From the IMG/VR virus record IMGVR_UViG_3300035494_000025, positions 1 to 43,117 of that record: a stretch of 43,117 nucleotides of DNA; one strand, written 5' to 3'. Shown here in pieces: positions 32,883-42,275 of this stretch. The stretch is from a virus. Numbering within the stretch: position 1 is the first letter of the stretch; every line of letters begins with the position of its first letter. The position numbers were made by a program, and so were the translations under genes. The notes under the pieces are model-generated. The model did no database searches, was not told where the DNA came from, and was given only the letters and a program-made list of their open reading frames with translations.

Positions 32883-34559
32883 TCAAAGAGCCATGCCATC
32901 TACAACGTTACTACTTATCTTATATTTAGTAGACCTGCTTCTGCCTTCTGTACCATAGTCAACTCCCTCATCACGACCACTACCTTTGGACATCGCCATA
33001 TAACGTACTGCGTCAGCAGGGTTACTCCACTCATCATGTAGTGGTTTGTCTTTCCACACGCCTAGTTTATCATCCCACTGTTTAGAGTATGAAAAGAACA
33101 TAGTTATTAGGCGTTCACAAAGGTCGCCATCAATCCATGTATCTGCTAGCATTTTACGTACTTGCTCAATACCTGTATTAACATCCACTCTCTTTAGTAC
33201 CTTAGGCTTTATACCTAACTCACGTAATCTGTGTACCCTACTAAGCCCACTACCAAGCTCTCTAACTTTGGCGTCATGTGGTACCCATACCGTACCATAC
33301 CTATAGCCTTTGTCTTTCATTACATTGGCGTAGTGGGATAGGCCCTCTCCAGTATTATAGTAATAATCTATGATACGTTTTTCTTTTCTAAAGCGTTGGA
33401 AGAACACTAACTCCATAGAGTCATTAATACCTAGGTCCATAGCTACTTCAACAGGTAGTGATGGCTCGTATAGGCTTCCACCAATTTTATTATTGTTTGG
33501 CATGTAAGTCAAGCGGCCATTGCTGTTCTCGGCTTTTATAGCATCACTTGTTATTACTCTACCGCGTTGTTCAACAAGCTCCCTGAATAGTACTGCGTAG
33601 TAAGCGCCATCCCTAACAGCTTCAAACGCCTCGTCAGGAGTTCCTGGATATTCTTGCCCCATCATGGAACCTAACTCACGCTTCTGCGCAATCCACCACC
33701 ATTTCTGTTCCCTAGTTAGAGGTCTTCCAAGGGCATGTTCTAACTGTGCAAAATAGTTGGATGCTTCAGGTGACCCTGATTGCGGTACATTCAGCACACA
33801 GTCAGGGTCATCAGCCCATGATAGAAAAACAGGATAGAAGTCTTTACCACTTCTGCGACCTTTGAAGTCTACGGCACCGTACCATAGGTCATAGAACATG
33901 TTCTTACGTCCCTCAGCTGTAGACTCTAGTACTACAGTATTTCCTGCTTTAATTGCTTGTAGTGAGCCTGATTTAGTCTCTAGTGCTTTCTCTGGATACT
34001 TGGCTGAGATTTTACCTAACTCAGATATATGTAATCGTTGTAGTGTACCAGAACGGAATGACGTTTGTAGATACATTACTGCACCATTACTAAATCCTAA
34101 CTCTTCTTTAGTATCCCTAATAAGTTTCAGATTTAGTCTATCTTTTACAAATTGTGGTAGTTTCTCCCATAATCTTTTAACCCTACGAAATAGCACCTTA
34201 GACTCTTTTTGTCCTTGAGTCATTAGACCTATTTCAAAGTTATCCTCTATTAAGGCATCATCAAAGAAACTAACAAGCCAAAATGTTGATATACCTTGCT
34301 GACGTGATTTTAATATGATTATGCGAGGGTGTATAATAGACGCAGCATATGCTTTATGTTGTGCCCAGTTCATAACAAACCTAATCTCAGCACCTACTTT
34401 ATCAGTAATAGTATAGAGATTATTAAGCCTCCACAACTTGTTAGGCATGAAATTAGCCCATAAATCTGCTATACTATGTGGCTCCCTGCTGAATATTTCA
34501 TCCGGCTCTACGCCGTATATTTCCTCAAACTGTTTAGGAGTTATTCTTAAATTCCACAT
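32883..34559 (-). CDS. terL: terminase large subunit
   Basis: ATPase block ILKSRQQGISTFW (K.RQ.G.S type Walker A). Nuclease blocks VAMDLGINDS, VWVPHDA and NPADAVRYM. 558 aa. Confidence 0.85.
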   Translation of the reverse strand: MWNLRITPKQFEEIYGVEPDEIFSREPHSIADLWANFMPNKLWRLNNLYTITDKVGAEIRFVMNWAQHKAYAASIIHPRIIILKSRQQGISTFWLVSFFDDALIEDNFEIGLMTQGQKESKVLFRRVKRLWEKLPQFVKDRLNLKLIRDTKEELGFSNGAVMYLQTSFRSGTLQRLHISELGKISAKYPEKALETKSGSLQAIKAGNTVVLESTAEGRKNMFYDLWYGAVDFKGRRSGKDFYPVFLSWADDPDCVLNVPQSGSPEASNYFAQLEHALGRPLTREQKWWWIAQKRELGSMMGQEYPGTPDEAFEAVRDGAYYAVLFRELVEQRGRVITSDAIKAENSNGRLTYMPNNNKIGGSLYEPSLPVEVAMDLGINDSMELVFFQRFRKEKRIIDYYYNTGEGLSHYANVMKDKGYRYGTVWVPHDAKVRELGSGLSRVHRLRELGIKPKVLKRVDVNTGIEQVRKMLADTWIDGDLCERLITMFFSYSKQWDDKLGVWKDKPLHDEWSNPADAVRYMAMSKGSGRDEGVDYGTEGRSRSTKYKISSNVVDGMAL

Positions 34560-35083
34560 TATAGTGCCTTTTGACTAGCTTTAAAGAATGCCAAACTCTC
34601 ACCCTCAGCTGTTACATTAGTTTGAGCTACGTTAACTGTAGTACCAGTCTTATTATATATTGCACTATAGGTTGCTGCTAGGGTTGAGGTAACCATTTGC
34701 CACTCTTTAACGCTTAGAGCAGTTTTACCTTCATCCGTTTTCTCATTTAGGAACTCTATTGCTACTTCTACAGCAGTCTCTAAAGCTTCAGCAAAAGCAG
34801 GCTCTAGTTTCTTTAGCGCAATAACTCCATCAACTATTTTCTCTATTTTACCTGCTACTACAGGTGCTTCACGTTTTGCTACATCTTTTATAATCTCTAG
34901 TGATGCTATAGTATTAGATGTTAGTACAGCTATGTCTTCATTAGGTTTATCTAACTCTAACTTCTTTTGCCAGCTTAATACTGTTATATATGGTATGCTG
35001 TACTTATCCGCTAGCTCTTTAGGTGTTTTACCTGTTAGTAGTTCAGCCTCTACTCTAACCTTTAATTCTTCTTTTGTCATCAC
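34559..35083 (-). CDS. terS: terminase small subunit (putative)
   Basis: N-terminal HTH GKTPKELADKYSIPYITVLSWQKK. It lies immediately upstream of TerL and shares a base with it. Confidence 0.6.
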   Translation of the reverse strand: MMTKEELKVRVEAELLTGKTPKELADKYSIPYITVLSWQKKLELDKPNEDIAVLTSNTIASLEIIKDVAKREAPVVAGKIEKIVDGVIALKKLEPAFAEALETAVEVAIEFLNEKTDEGKTALSVKEWQMVTSTLAATYSAIYNKTGTTVNVAQTNVTAEGESLAFFKASQKAL

Positions 35084-35228
35084 ATACTTCCTTTTGTTTT
35101 AAATCATTTTTTATTAACCCTATTATGTAAGTAGAGAAGTTTAGTCCTTGTTTATTGTACTCACGCTTTACTGTACTAACTATTAGTTCGTCTTCAGCAG
35201 CCCTGGTACTAAAACTATAAACAGCCAT
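35055..35228 (-). CDS. ribbon-helix-helix-like small DNA-binding protein (57 aa)
   Basis: TAAGGAGcaattATG is an excellent RBS. VYSFSTR (strand), AEDELIVSTVKREYNKQG (helix) and NFSTYIIGLIKNDL (helix) fit the Arc/CopG layout. It overlaps the TerS start by 29 nt and is just under the track cutoff. Confidence 0.5.
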   Translation of the reverse strand: MAVYSFSTRAAEDELIVSTVKREYNKQGLNFSTYIIGLIKNDLKQKEVCDDKRRIKG

Positions 35229-35253
35229 AATTGCTCCTTATTAATTTTTATTA

Positions 35254-35275
35254 ATTATATCCTTTTAGTCTTAAG
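35254..35275 (-). promoter_or_regulatory. Promoter-like motif CTTAAGA-N9-TATAAT for the RHH/terminase transcript
   Basis: The minus strand reads CTTAAGACTAAAAGGATATAAT, about 25 nt upstream of the RHH ATG. A second TTTAAGA box lies just upstream. Confidence 0.45.
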
Positions 35276-35368
35276 GAAATCTTAAATACCTAATAACAGT
35301 CTATCATTATTATATATGAAATTTTTTTAAACTTCTTTTAATCATAAATTAGATATAATTAAACATGC

Positions 35369-35391
35369 CTTAAGATAGAATAGTATATAAT
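35369..35391 (+). promoter_or_regulatory. Promoter-like motif CTTAAGA-N10-TATAAT for the structural arm
   Basis: The plus strand reads CTTAAGATAGAATAGTATATAAT, 26 nt before the scaffold ATG. A degenerate copy TTTAATC-N10-TATAAT lies at 35337-35359. Confidence 0.5.
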
Positions 35392-35417
35392 AATTCATAT
35401 CTTAATAGGAGTGGACT

Positions 35418-36269
35418 ATGCGACAAAGCAATCCCAATAATGATACACAAAATGTAGAGGTTAGAGAGCCTCAAACTGCCGAAGAGTACTTACAATACGC
35501 TCAAGATTTACTAGGTTCATCTGGTACTACCAGAGCTAATGGTTCTATGGAACAACCAGCAACTCAGAATTTAACATTCGCTGAGCAAGTAAATAAAGTG
35601 CTTAAGGAAGTGACAGTTGATGATAAAGGTAAATTTGTTTATCCAGCAAATACACCTGAACATATCAAATATGCTGTTGCGGCTGAGAAGAAGTACCGAG
35701 ACACTCAGGCTGGCTTTACTAAGTCCCAAATTGAACTTAAGAGTACTGCAGCAGAAGTAGAGGCATTGCGTGAGCAACTAGCCAAAGTTTCAGGCAGATT
35801 GGATATTCCTCAAGACAAGTTGGATGAGTTAGAAGAGTTAAAGTTCACTAATCCTGATGAGTGGTTTAAAAGAAAACTTGCTTTAGAGCAGGAAGTTAAA
35901 TCAACTGTTACGGCAAAGATGGATGAACAGATGAGTGAAGTTCGTAAGAACGCTGGCATTAAAGCGGAGATAGAAAGACGTCTAACAGTGTTAGATGACT
36001 TTAATATAGGCAGAGCTGTACCTATAACCACCGAAATGCTTGATAATGATGTACCTGCTAGAATAACGAAAAAGTTAGAGGCTGGTCATTTAACATTCGA
36101 GGGCTACTTAGCAGAGGTTGATGCATACTTAAGTAAAGCCAAAGTTGCTGGATATGACAATCCACCACAACTTACAAAGTTAACAAATGTTAGTGGTAGT
36201 GGAAATCCACCTACTGAAAGCTCTAACTTAGAAACCGATGCTACGCTATATGATAGCATTACATTTTAA
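35418..36269 (+). CDS. scaffolding protein (putative)
   Basis: 283 aa, helical and acidic, directly upstream of the capsid gene. Confidence 0.55.
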   Translation: MRQSNPNNDTQNVEVREPQTAEEYLQYAQDLLGSSGTTRANGSMEQPATQNLTFAEQVNKVLKEVTVDDKGKFVYPANTPEHIKYAVAAEKKYRDTQAGFTKSQIELKSTAAEVEALREQLAKVSGRLDIPQDKLDELEELKFTNPDEWFKRKLALEQEVKSTVTAKMDEQMSEVRKNAGIKAEIERRLTVLDDFNIGRAVPITTEMLDNDVPARITKKLEAGHLTFEGYLAEVDAYLSKAKVAGYDNPPQLTKLTNVSGSGNPPTESSNLETDATLYDSITF

Positions 36270-36282
36270 TTAAAGGACGCAT

Positions 36283-37449
36283 ATGGGCGCTCAAGCAAGT
36301 GGAACTGGTATCGTAGATATCAATAGCGAATTAGTTCGTAAGGGTTGGGTAATGAAGGGGCTTGTACAAGCTCGTAGTACTTCATTCTGGGATGGCCTTA
36401 CAGGTATGAGTGAAGACTCAGTTATTTACCAAAAAAATGATTTTTCAGTAAAAGAAGGCCATGAGGTCCATTTCCAAATGGATGGAAATCTTGTATCTGA
36501 AGCTCACGTTGATAAAGAGCAAGCATGGGGTAACTCAGAACAAAAGAAATTATTTTCAGACTCTTTACGTATTCGTAGATTACGTTGGTCAGTAGATAAT
36601 GGTGATAAATTTGATGCAAAAAATGTAGGTGACCTTGCTCTTGCGGAGCATAGTGACTCTCGTACTAAACTTGCTGATTTATTTATTCGAGCAAAAGACC
36701 AGTTTAATTTTGACTGTTTACAAGGTAGACTTCATAATGAAACTCCAACTCATGTACTTAGACCAAATGGTAAGACTTCAATTGCTACATTAGCAGCAAC
36801 TGACATTATGTCTTACAACTTTGCTATGGATATGGAAGATGTAGTTAAATCTGGTAGAGGTTACCAAACTGGTGGTACTCGCAGACCATTAGAGCCTTAT
36901 AAATTGGCTGATGGCCGCAAAGTATGGTTGATGGTTATTAACTCTCGCCAAGCACGTGATTTACGTAAAGATGATAAATTTATTCAAATTACATCTAATG
37001 CTGATATCCGTGGTGAAGGTAACAGGCTTATCAAAGGTGTTATAGGGACATACGGTGCATTTGTCGTTATTGAAGCTCAAGACTTCTTTGGTGTATCTAG
37101 CTCAAGGCTAATTGGTAAAACAAAAGTTGAGATTGCTGGTTTACGTAAGGTAGATGAAGATGGTAACTTTACTGGTGAGGTAGGCTTCGGCGCTTCTGGA
37201 AAAATTATTGCAGACAGAGGACTTATTTTAGGTAAGGGTGCTGTTCAAATCGGTTTCGGTAAAATGCCAGATTATAAATTCAAATCTAGCCAAGACTTTG
37301 ACATTAAATCTGAGTCAGCACTTGAAGTATGGATGAACGTTCAAAAGACTATCCTACGTACAGAGGGTTCTGATTATGATGATGCTAAAGTAGCTGGTTT
37401 CGATTATGGTGTAGTTGTATTTGAAACGTACAATAGCACAGTGGCTTAA
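36283..37449 (+). CDS. major capsid protein (N4 gp56-like family by recollection)
   Basis: 388 aa. The N-terminal block ELVRKGWVMKGLVQARSTSFWDGLTG...VIYQKND...GHEVHFQM resembles the N4-gp56-type capsid family. It is followed by a hairpin after the next gene. Confidence 0.7.
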   Translation: MGAQASGTGIVDINSELVRKGWVMKGLVQARSTSFWDGLTGMSEDSVIYQKNDFSVKEGHEVHFQMDGNLVSEAHVDKEQAWGNSEQKKLFSDSLRIRRLRWSVDNGDKFDAKNVGDLALAEHSDSRTKLADLFIRAKDQFNFDCLQGRLHNETPTHVLRPNGKTSIATLAATDIMSYNFAMDMEDVVKSGRGYQTGGTRRPLEPYKLADGRKVWLMVINSRQARDLRKDDKFIQITSNADIRGEGNRLIKGVIGTYGAFVVIEAQDFFGVSSSRLIGKTKVEIAGLRKVDEDGNFTGEVGFGASGKIIADRGLILGKGAVQIGFGKMPDYKFKSSQDFDIKSESALEVWMNVQKTILRTEGSDYDDAKVAGFDYGVVVFETYNSTVA

Positions 37450-37459
37450 GGAGTAGATA

Positions 37460-37906
37460 ATGCCAAGTATTACAAGTAAATTCTTAAACCAAATGAAACG
37501 TGAGACTGAAGCATTAGCTGTTACTGTTCCTGCCCTTTTAAATGAGGGTGGTGGACGTACAAATGCTGCTCCAGAATACGTACAAGGCGGTGTTGCTTAC
37601 ACAGCTGCGGTTGCTCCAAAAGAAGCAATTACTGGTAAGACATACCTATTAGTTGAGGAAGCATTCCCAGCTACAACAACTGTTACAATTACAATTGGCG
37701 GTACTGCTGTATTTACAGATGCTCCTGTTTCAAGTACTGGTTTAACAGTTTCTACAGTTGAAGATATGCTATTATTAGCAGGTTCTGATGTATCAGTTAC
37801 TGTTTCAGGTACTGGTGATGTTACAACTGGTAAGCTACAAGTTATTACTAACTATACACCTTACACAGTTAAGAACGGACGTTATACAGACGTACCAGCT
37901 GTATAG
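37460..37906 (+). CDS. hypothetical head-associated protein (148 aa, T/V/G-rich beta protein)
   Basis: RBS taaggag. It is adjacent to the capsid gene. A decoration role is only a guess. Confidence 0.45.
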   Translation: MPSITSKFLNQMKRETEALAVTVPALLNEGGGRTNAAPEYVQGGVAYTAAVAPKEAITGKTYLLVEEAFPATTTVTITIGGTAVFTDAPVSSTGLTVSTVEDMLLLAGSDVSVTVSGTGDVTTGKLQVITNYTPYTVKNGRYTDVPAV

Positions 37907-37913
37907 CTTGATA

Positions 37914-37935
37914 GTGCCCTCTCATTTGAGGGCAC
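37914..37935 (+). terminator. GC-rich hairpin after the capsid gene block
   Basis: GTGCCCTC-tcattt-GAGGGCAC, an 8-bp stem. The downstream T-run is weak (cattcaatctattta). Confidence 0.5.
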
Positions 37936-37960
37936 CATTCAATCTATTTAAGGAGTTAGT

Positions 37961-38089
37961 ATGAGTAAATACCATAATCCAGCAAAACCTGGTGAGTTAT
38001 TTGAAGACGCTAAAGCTGCTAAAGCTGAAGTTAAAAAAGTTGAACTACCTAAGGTAACGCCTAAGGTAACGCCTAAAACTAAGGATTAA
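37961..38089 (+). CDS. small basic protein (42 aa)
   Basis: aaggagttagtATG is a strong RBS. It contains PKVTPKVTPK. It fills the gap before 38093 and is below the track cutoff. Confidence 0.5.
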   Translation: MSKYHNPAKPGELFEDAKAAKAEVKKVELPKVTPKVTPKTKD

Positions 38090-38092
38090 TTA

Positions 38093-39073
38093 ATGTTAGC
38101 AAGTGTTCTTATTAACAAGGCTAGAGAGCGACTAGGAGACAAATCTAAGCAACGCTGGACTGACTCCAGGATGCTTGATATTGTTAATCAAGGGCAAGCT
38201 TCTATATGTAAACTTACTGGTATATATAGGAAGGAAGCATATATTGCACTTGCTAATTTTGAGGGTAGATATAAACTACCAACTGATTGTATGACAATTC
38301 GTAGAATTGAATACAATGGCGAAGTAGTTCCTTTATTTACTCGTGATGATATAGACTCTAATAAGTACTTCAAATCTGACTTTGTTTGTCTTAAAGACAA
38401 TATAGGTATGGGTATGATTGAAATATATCCAGCGTTAGAGGACTTAGAAACTGATATTGTAACCATTAAAGGTTATAGCTCAGATTTTATATTTTATCTG
38501 TCATCTAACTATGGAGTAACAATAGATGTACAATCTCCATTTTATGTAGCTGATGTATATGGAGTAGTTGAGTCTATAAGCTCTGATGGCAACGCAGAAT
38601 ATACAACTACAAAGCATGGAGAGTTAGCTAGTTCGCCAGTACATCCTGATATAGATGCATCATTTAACTCAGCTTATGGCGTAGTAGTAGATATGGAAGT
38701 TGATGTATCTACTGATAAAGCACTATTTGGCTTTATAACTGATAGTGAAGTATACACTGTTGTAGGGAAATATGGAGTTACTACATCCATTGTAGGTGAA
38801 AGTAATTTGCTTAAAATATTTTACGAAGCAGTGCCTATGGATGTATCTACGCTTACATCAACACTATCTATACCAGATATGTGGGAAGAAGCTATGTTAC
38901 AATACATAGTAGGTACAGCATTACAAGATGATAATGATGCTAACAATATACAAAGAGGTGAGCTCGAGTTAAGTAAGTTTACAAGCAACTTAATGAAAGC
39001 TAGAGAGTTAAGTAGCAAAGACTTCTCTGGTGGTACTAGGGATAAATTACATACTACATATAGGAGAATATGA
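38093..39073 (+). CDS. head-tail adaptor-like structural protein (putative)
   Basis: 326 aa. The N-terminal pattern ARERLGD...RWTDSRMLDIVNQGQ..ICK......Y.LP.DC..I.RIEYNG recalls phage neck/adaptor families. Function is inferred. Confidence 0.4.
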   Translation: MLASVLINKARERLGDKSKQRWTDSRMLDIVNQGQASICKLTGIYRKEAYIALANFEGRYKLPTDCMTIRRIEYNGEVVPLFTRDDIDSNKYFKSDFVCLKDNIGMGMIEIYPALEDLETDIVTIKGYSSDFIFYLSSNYGVTIDVQSPFYVADVYGVVESISSDGNAEYTTTKHGELASSPVHPDIDASFNSAYGVVVDMEVDVSTDKALFGFITDSEVYTVVGKYGVTTSIVGESNLLKIFYEAVPMDVSTLTSTLSIPDMWEEAMLQYIVGTALQDDNDANNIQRGELELSKFTSNLMKARELSSKDFSGGTRDKLHTTYRRI

Positions 39074-39279
39074 TGGCAACTACACAAGATACTAACAAGA
39101 TTATATTTGTTAAGCAAAAGGCTGGAGTAGAAGACTTACTCATGGGTCTAGGCACAATAGGGCAAGTTAGAGAAGGTGAAAATGTCACAATCACGCTTAT
39201 TAATGCACATCAAATACCTTATGATAACTCTAGAAGTATTGGTGATGTATTGGCTTTGTTATTAGCTAACCAAGGATAA
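39070..39279 (+). CDS. hypothetical structural protein (69 aa)
   Basis: ATGA overlap with the upstream stop. RBS aggag. Confidence 0.5.
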   Translation: MMATTQDTNKIIFVKQKAGVEDLLMGLGTIGQVREGENVTITLINAHQIPYDNSRSIGDVLALLLANQG

Positions 39280-39283
39280 TATT

Positions 39284-39922
39284 ATGGTGAATGTTACCAA
39301 AGGTTTAGCATTAACTGAGGATTTAGAGCTTGGATTTGGTTTATCTGGCCAGCCAAGGGGCGGTAGTAAGATAAGTGCTTTTACTATACCTTACACAACA
39401 AGTCTCAGTATAGGTATAGCACTAGATGATAGATATACTAAAGCAGAGTCTGATGCAAAATATGCAACTTTAAATGGCTCTGATTTAGTTTTATTTAAAG
39501 TTGCCAATGGTGTAAGTGGTTATGATGCTGTTACCTATCAGCAATACATTACTAGGGCGGCATTAACTGGTTCTAGTAGTCAAACGTTTAATGTAGCTGA
39601 TGATACTGATAGTATGCATGCAGTTAATAGACGGAGATTAGATGCTGATTTAGCTTTAAAAGATAATGTTGTAGATGTTAACTCTAAGCTATCCTTAAAA
39701 GCTGATATAACTGATATGGCGATGAGAGCTTTATCTAGCGATGTGTTAGAACTAACTAATGGTGTACCATATAACCCAACTTCAGACTATAACCCAGCTA
39801 CAAAAAGATATGTAGATAACACAGTAGCTAGTGCATTTACGTTTGGTGCTAGCGGTACGTTCTTATCATCTGATAATAAGTTAGTAACAGTTACTAACGG
39901 CCTAATAACAGGAATTGTATAA
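39284..39922 (+). CDS. tail fibre protein (short)
   Basis: It shares the L.GS..Q.F.V.DDT.SMHAVNR.RLDADLA.K repeat and the P.SD.NPATK.YVD motif with the following 655-aa fibre. Confidence 0.6.
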   Translation: MVNVTKGLALTEDLELGFGLSGQPRGGSKISAFTIPYTTSLSIGIALDDRYTKAESDAKYATLNGSDLVLFKVANGVSGYDAVTYQQYITRAALTGSSSQTFNVADDTDSMHAVNRRRLDADLALKDNVVDVNSKLSLKADITDMAMRALSSDVLELTNGVPYNPTSDYNPATKRYVDNTVASAFTFGASGTFLSSDNKLVTVTNGLITGIV

Positions 39923-41889
39923 TGAGCTATATAAAAATAACAAAAGAGAAAATTGTAGCTGAAGACTTAGCACTATCTACCTCTACTGTACAGCAATCCA
40001 GAGGAGTTGGCACAGGTATAAGTGCAGCTGTAATACCTTTCACGGAAGGTACAAATGTATTAGCTGTAGTTAATGCTAAAGAAACTATAGCTAATTCAGA
40101 TGCTAAACTTGCTACTAAAGCTGCACTTAATGGTTCTAGTACTCAAACATTTTCAGTAGATACTGACACACTACCATCTCATGCAGTAAATAGAGCTAGG
40201 GTTGATGAATTGCTACTTCTTAAGGCTAGTAAGACTTATGTAGATAGTGAATTAGCTACAAAGGCTGAATTAGCTGGTTCAAGCTTACAGCAATTTGAAG
40301 TAGCTGATGATACAAATAGTATGCATGCAGTTAATAGACAAAGATTAGATGCTGATTTAGCTTTTAAAGCAAATACATCAGATGTATTAGATGCACTTGC
40401 ATTAAAAGCTGATGTATTAAATGTTCTTAGATTAGATGGTTTAAGCCCTGAGTTTACTCCTACTAGCGATAATCAGCCAGCTACTAAAAAGTACATAGAT
40501 GATAAGATACTAGAGACTGGCGCAGCTGATATGCGTAAAGCAGTATATGACACAGACGAAAGTGGTATAGTAGATACAACTGAAGGCGTAGGTATACCCG
40601 GTACATTTCTAGGTCTTACCCCTCAAAATAAGATAATGAGATTAAGCCAATCTAATGTTTTAGATTGTAATACTTTATCAGATTTTGGTATATTTGTAGG
40701 TACGGATGTAGCTAATGCACCTACTAGTGGATTTATAGCACTAGAACAAATGTCTTCCGGTATTATAAAAGGACAAAGATGTTTATCATTTAGCACATTA
40801 GATTGGTACTATAGAACCTACAATGGTACAGTATGGTCTGCTTGGAGTAAGACATTAGATGAGTCTGAGATAGTAGATAACCTTAATGGTGGTACACTAT
40901 ATAAAGTATTATCTGCTAATCAAGGTAAAGTACTAGATGATAAAATTACAGCCTTAAATAGTTCTAAGTTAGATGCAACTGATGCAGCTGTATCAGCAGA
41001 TAAGCTTACAACTGCTAGGACAATTAATGGTGTATCATTTGATGGTAGTGCTGATATAACAGTAAGTGATTCTACAGCAGTTAAAAACACTGGTAATGAA
41101 ACGATATCTGGGGTTAAAACTTTTACATCAAGCCCAATAGTACCAACACCAACAACTGATTTTCAAGTAGCTACTAAAAAATATGTAGATGAAGCTATAA
41201 ATATAAACACTTTACCAGATAAACCAACTTCAGTTGATACAGATAATTTTGTTTTACAAGAAGTTGGAGGAGATTTAAAAAAGCTAAGTTTTGAAAATCT
41301 TAAATTATCTTTATTTAATCCAACTCTAGCTGGAACTGTATCATTTGATTCTACTACTAATAATATTGAATTAACAAATATAGTAACAGCTTTAGGCTTA
41401 GAAATTGGAGATGTTATTCAGATTAGTGGAGCTGAAGATTCTAAAAACAACTCTGAATTTACAGTTGAAGTAATAACAGATGATGACAATATTATAGTAA
41501 ATCAAGCTCACGCAAATAAAGGTACAAGTAAAAACATAGCTACAAGAGCAAGTGATACTGGGGTAACTGTTAAGCTACTAGCTAAGTGGTATAATGCTCT
41601 GATAGGGCTAGGAATGGGTTGGGTAGATGTAACATCTAGCAGAAATCCAAATGTTAACTATAATCCATTTCCTAATAGAGATATTCTTGTGGGCACGAAC
41701 GCTAGTGTTAGTTCAACTGGGGAGTCCGCAAGGATTTTCCAAGGAGGGTATATAATATCTAGTAGTTTTTTAGGTAGTACTGCGGCTATTACTACTTTTA
41801 CGGCTTTGGTTAAATACGACAACGGTGTTTATTTTTGGGCTCCATCTGGCGGAACAATGACTTTAGCTAGGGTAATGGAGTTAAGATAA
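39922..41889 (+). CDS. tail fibre protein (long)
   Basis: It has repeated HAVNR..D..L..KA units, three ATKKY(V/I)D motifs and RTINGVSFDGSADITV, a classic fibre repeat. A chaperone-like gene follows. Confidence 0.75.
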   Translation: MSYIKITKEKIVAEDLALSTSTVQQSRGVGTGISAAVIPFTEGTNVLAVVNAKETIANSDAKLATKAALNGSSTQTFSVDTDTLPSHAVNRARVDELLLLKASKTYVDSELATKAELAGSSLQQFEVADDTNSMHAVNRQRLDADLAFKANTSDVLDALALKADVLNVLRLDGLSPEFTPTSDNQPATKKYIDDKILETGAADMRKAVYDTDESGIVDTTEGVGIPGTFLGLTPQNKIMRLSQSNVLDCNTLSDFGIFVGTDVANAPTSGFIALEQMSSGIIKGQRCLSFSTLDWYYRTYNGTVWSAWSKTLDESEIVDNLNGGTLYKVLSANQGKVLDDKITALNSSKLDATDAAVSADKLTTARTINGVSFDGSADITVSDSTAVKNTGNETISGVKTFTSSPIVPTPTTDFQVATKKYVDEAININTLPDKPTSVDTDNFVLQEVGGDLKKLSFENLKLSLFNPTLAGTVSFDSTTNNIELTNIVTALGLEIGDVIQISGAEDSKNNSEFTVEVITDDDNIIVNQAHANKGTSKNIATRASDTGVTVKLLAKWYNALIGLGMGWVDVTSSRNPNVNYNPFPNRDILVGTNASVSSTGESARIFQGGYIISSSFLGSTAAITTFTALVKYDNGVYFWAPSGGTMTLARVMELR

Positions 41890-42254
41890 TGAAATATGTA
41901 ATTAATTATACAGAACAAGGCAAAATTTTAGGATTTGCAAAAGGCGATACTGATTTAAACATAGAAGTATCAAATGCTATTTGGTTTGAAGCTCAAAGTT
42001 ATAACAAAATCATAATTGATGGTGAGAATATTAGCTTTGATAAAGTTGATTGGCGAACTCCAGAAGAGATTAAACAAGAAACTCAAGCACAATTTAGAGC
42101 AGAAAGAAACAATCTCCTAGTAGAAGCTGATATAGAAATAAATAAGTCAGTAGACTTAGGATTAGACTCAACAGAGTGGAGAGTATATAGACAAGCACTT
42201 AGAGACTCAACATTAACTTGTGTATTACCAAGTAAACCAACGGAGGTAAAATAA
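41889..42254 (+). CDS. tail fibre assembly chaperone (putative)
   Basis: 121 aa. The C-terminal half AQFRAERNNLLVEADIEIN......STEWRVYRQALRDST....LPSKP fits the tail-fibre-assembly pattern (R..r..lL...D ... W..YRq.LRD...P.kP). Confidence 0.6.
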   Translation: MKYVINYTEQGKILGFAKGDTDLNIEVSNAIWFEAQSYNKIIIDGENISFDKVDWRTPEEIKQETQAQFRAERNNLLVEADIEINKSVDLGLDSTEWRVYRQALRDSTLTCVLPSKPTEVK

Positions 42255-42275
42255 TGGAAATAAGGAAACATTGGT

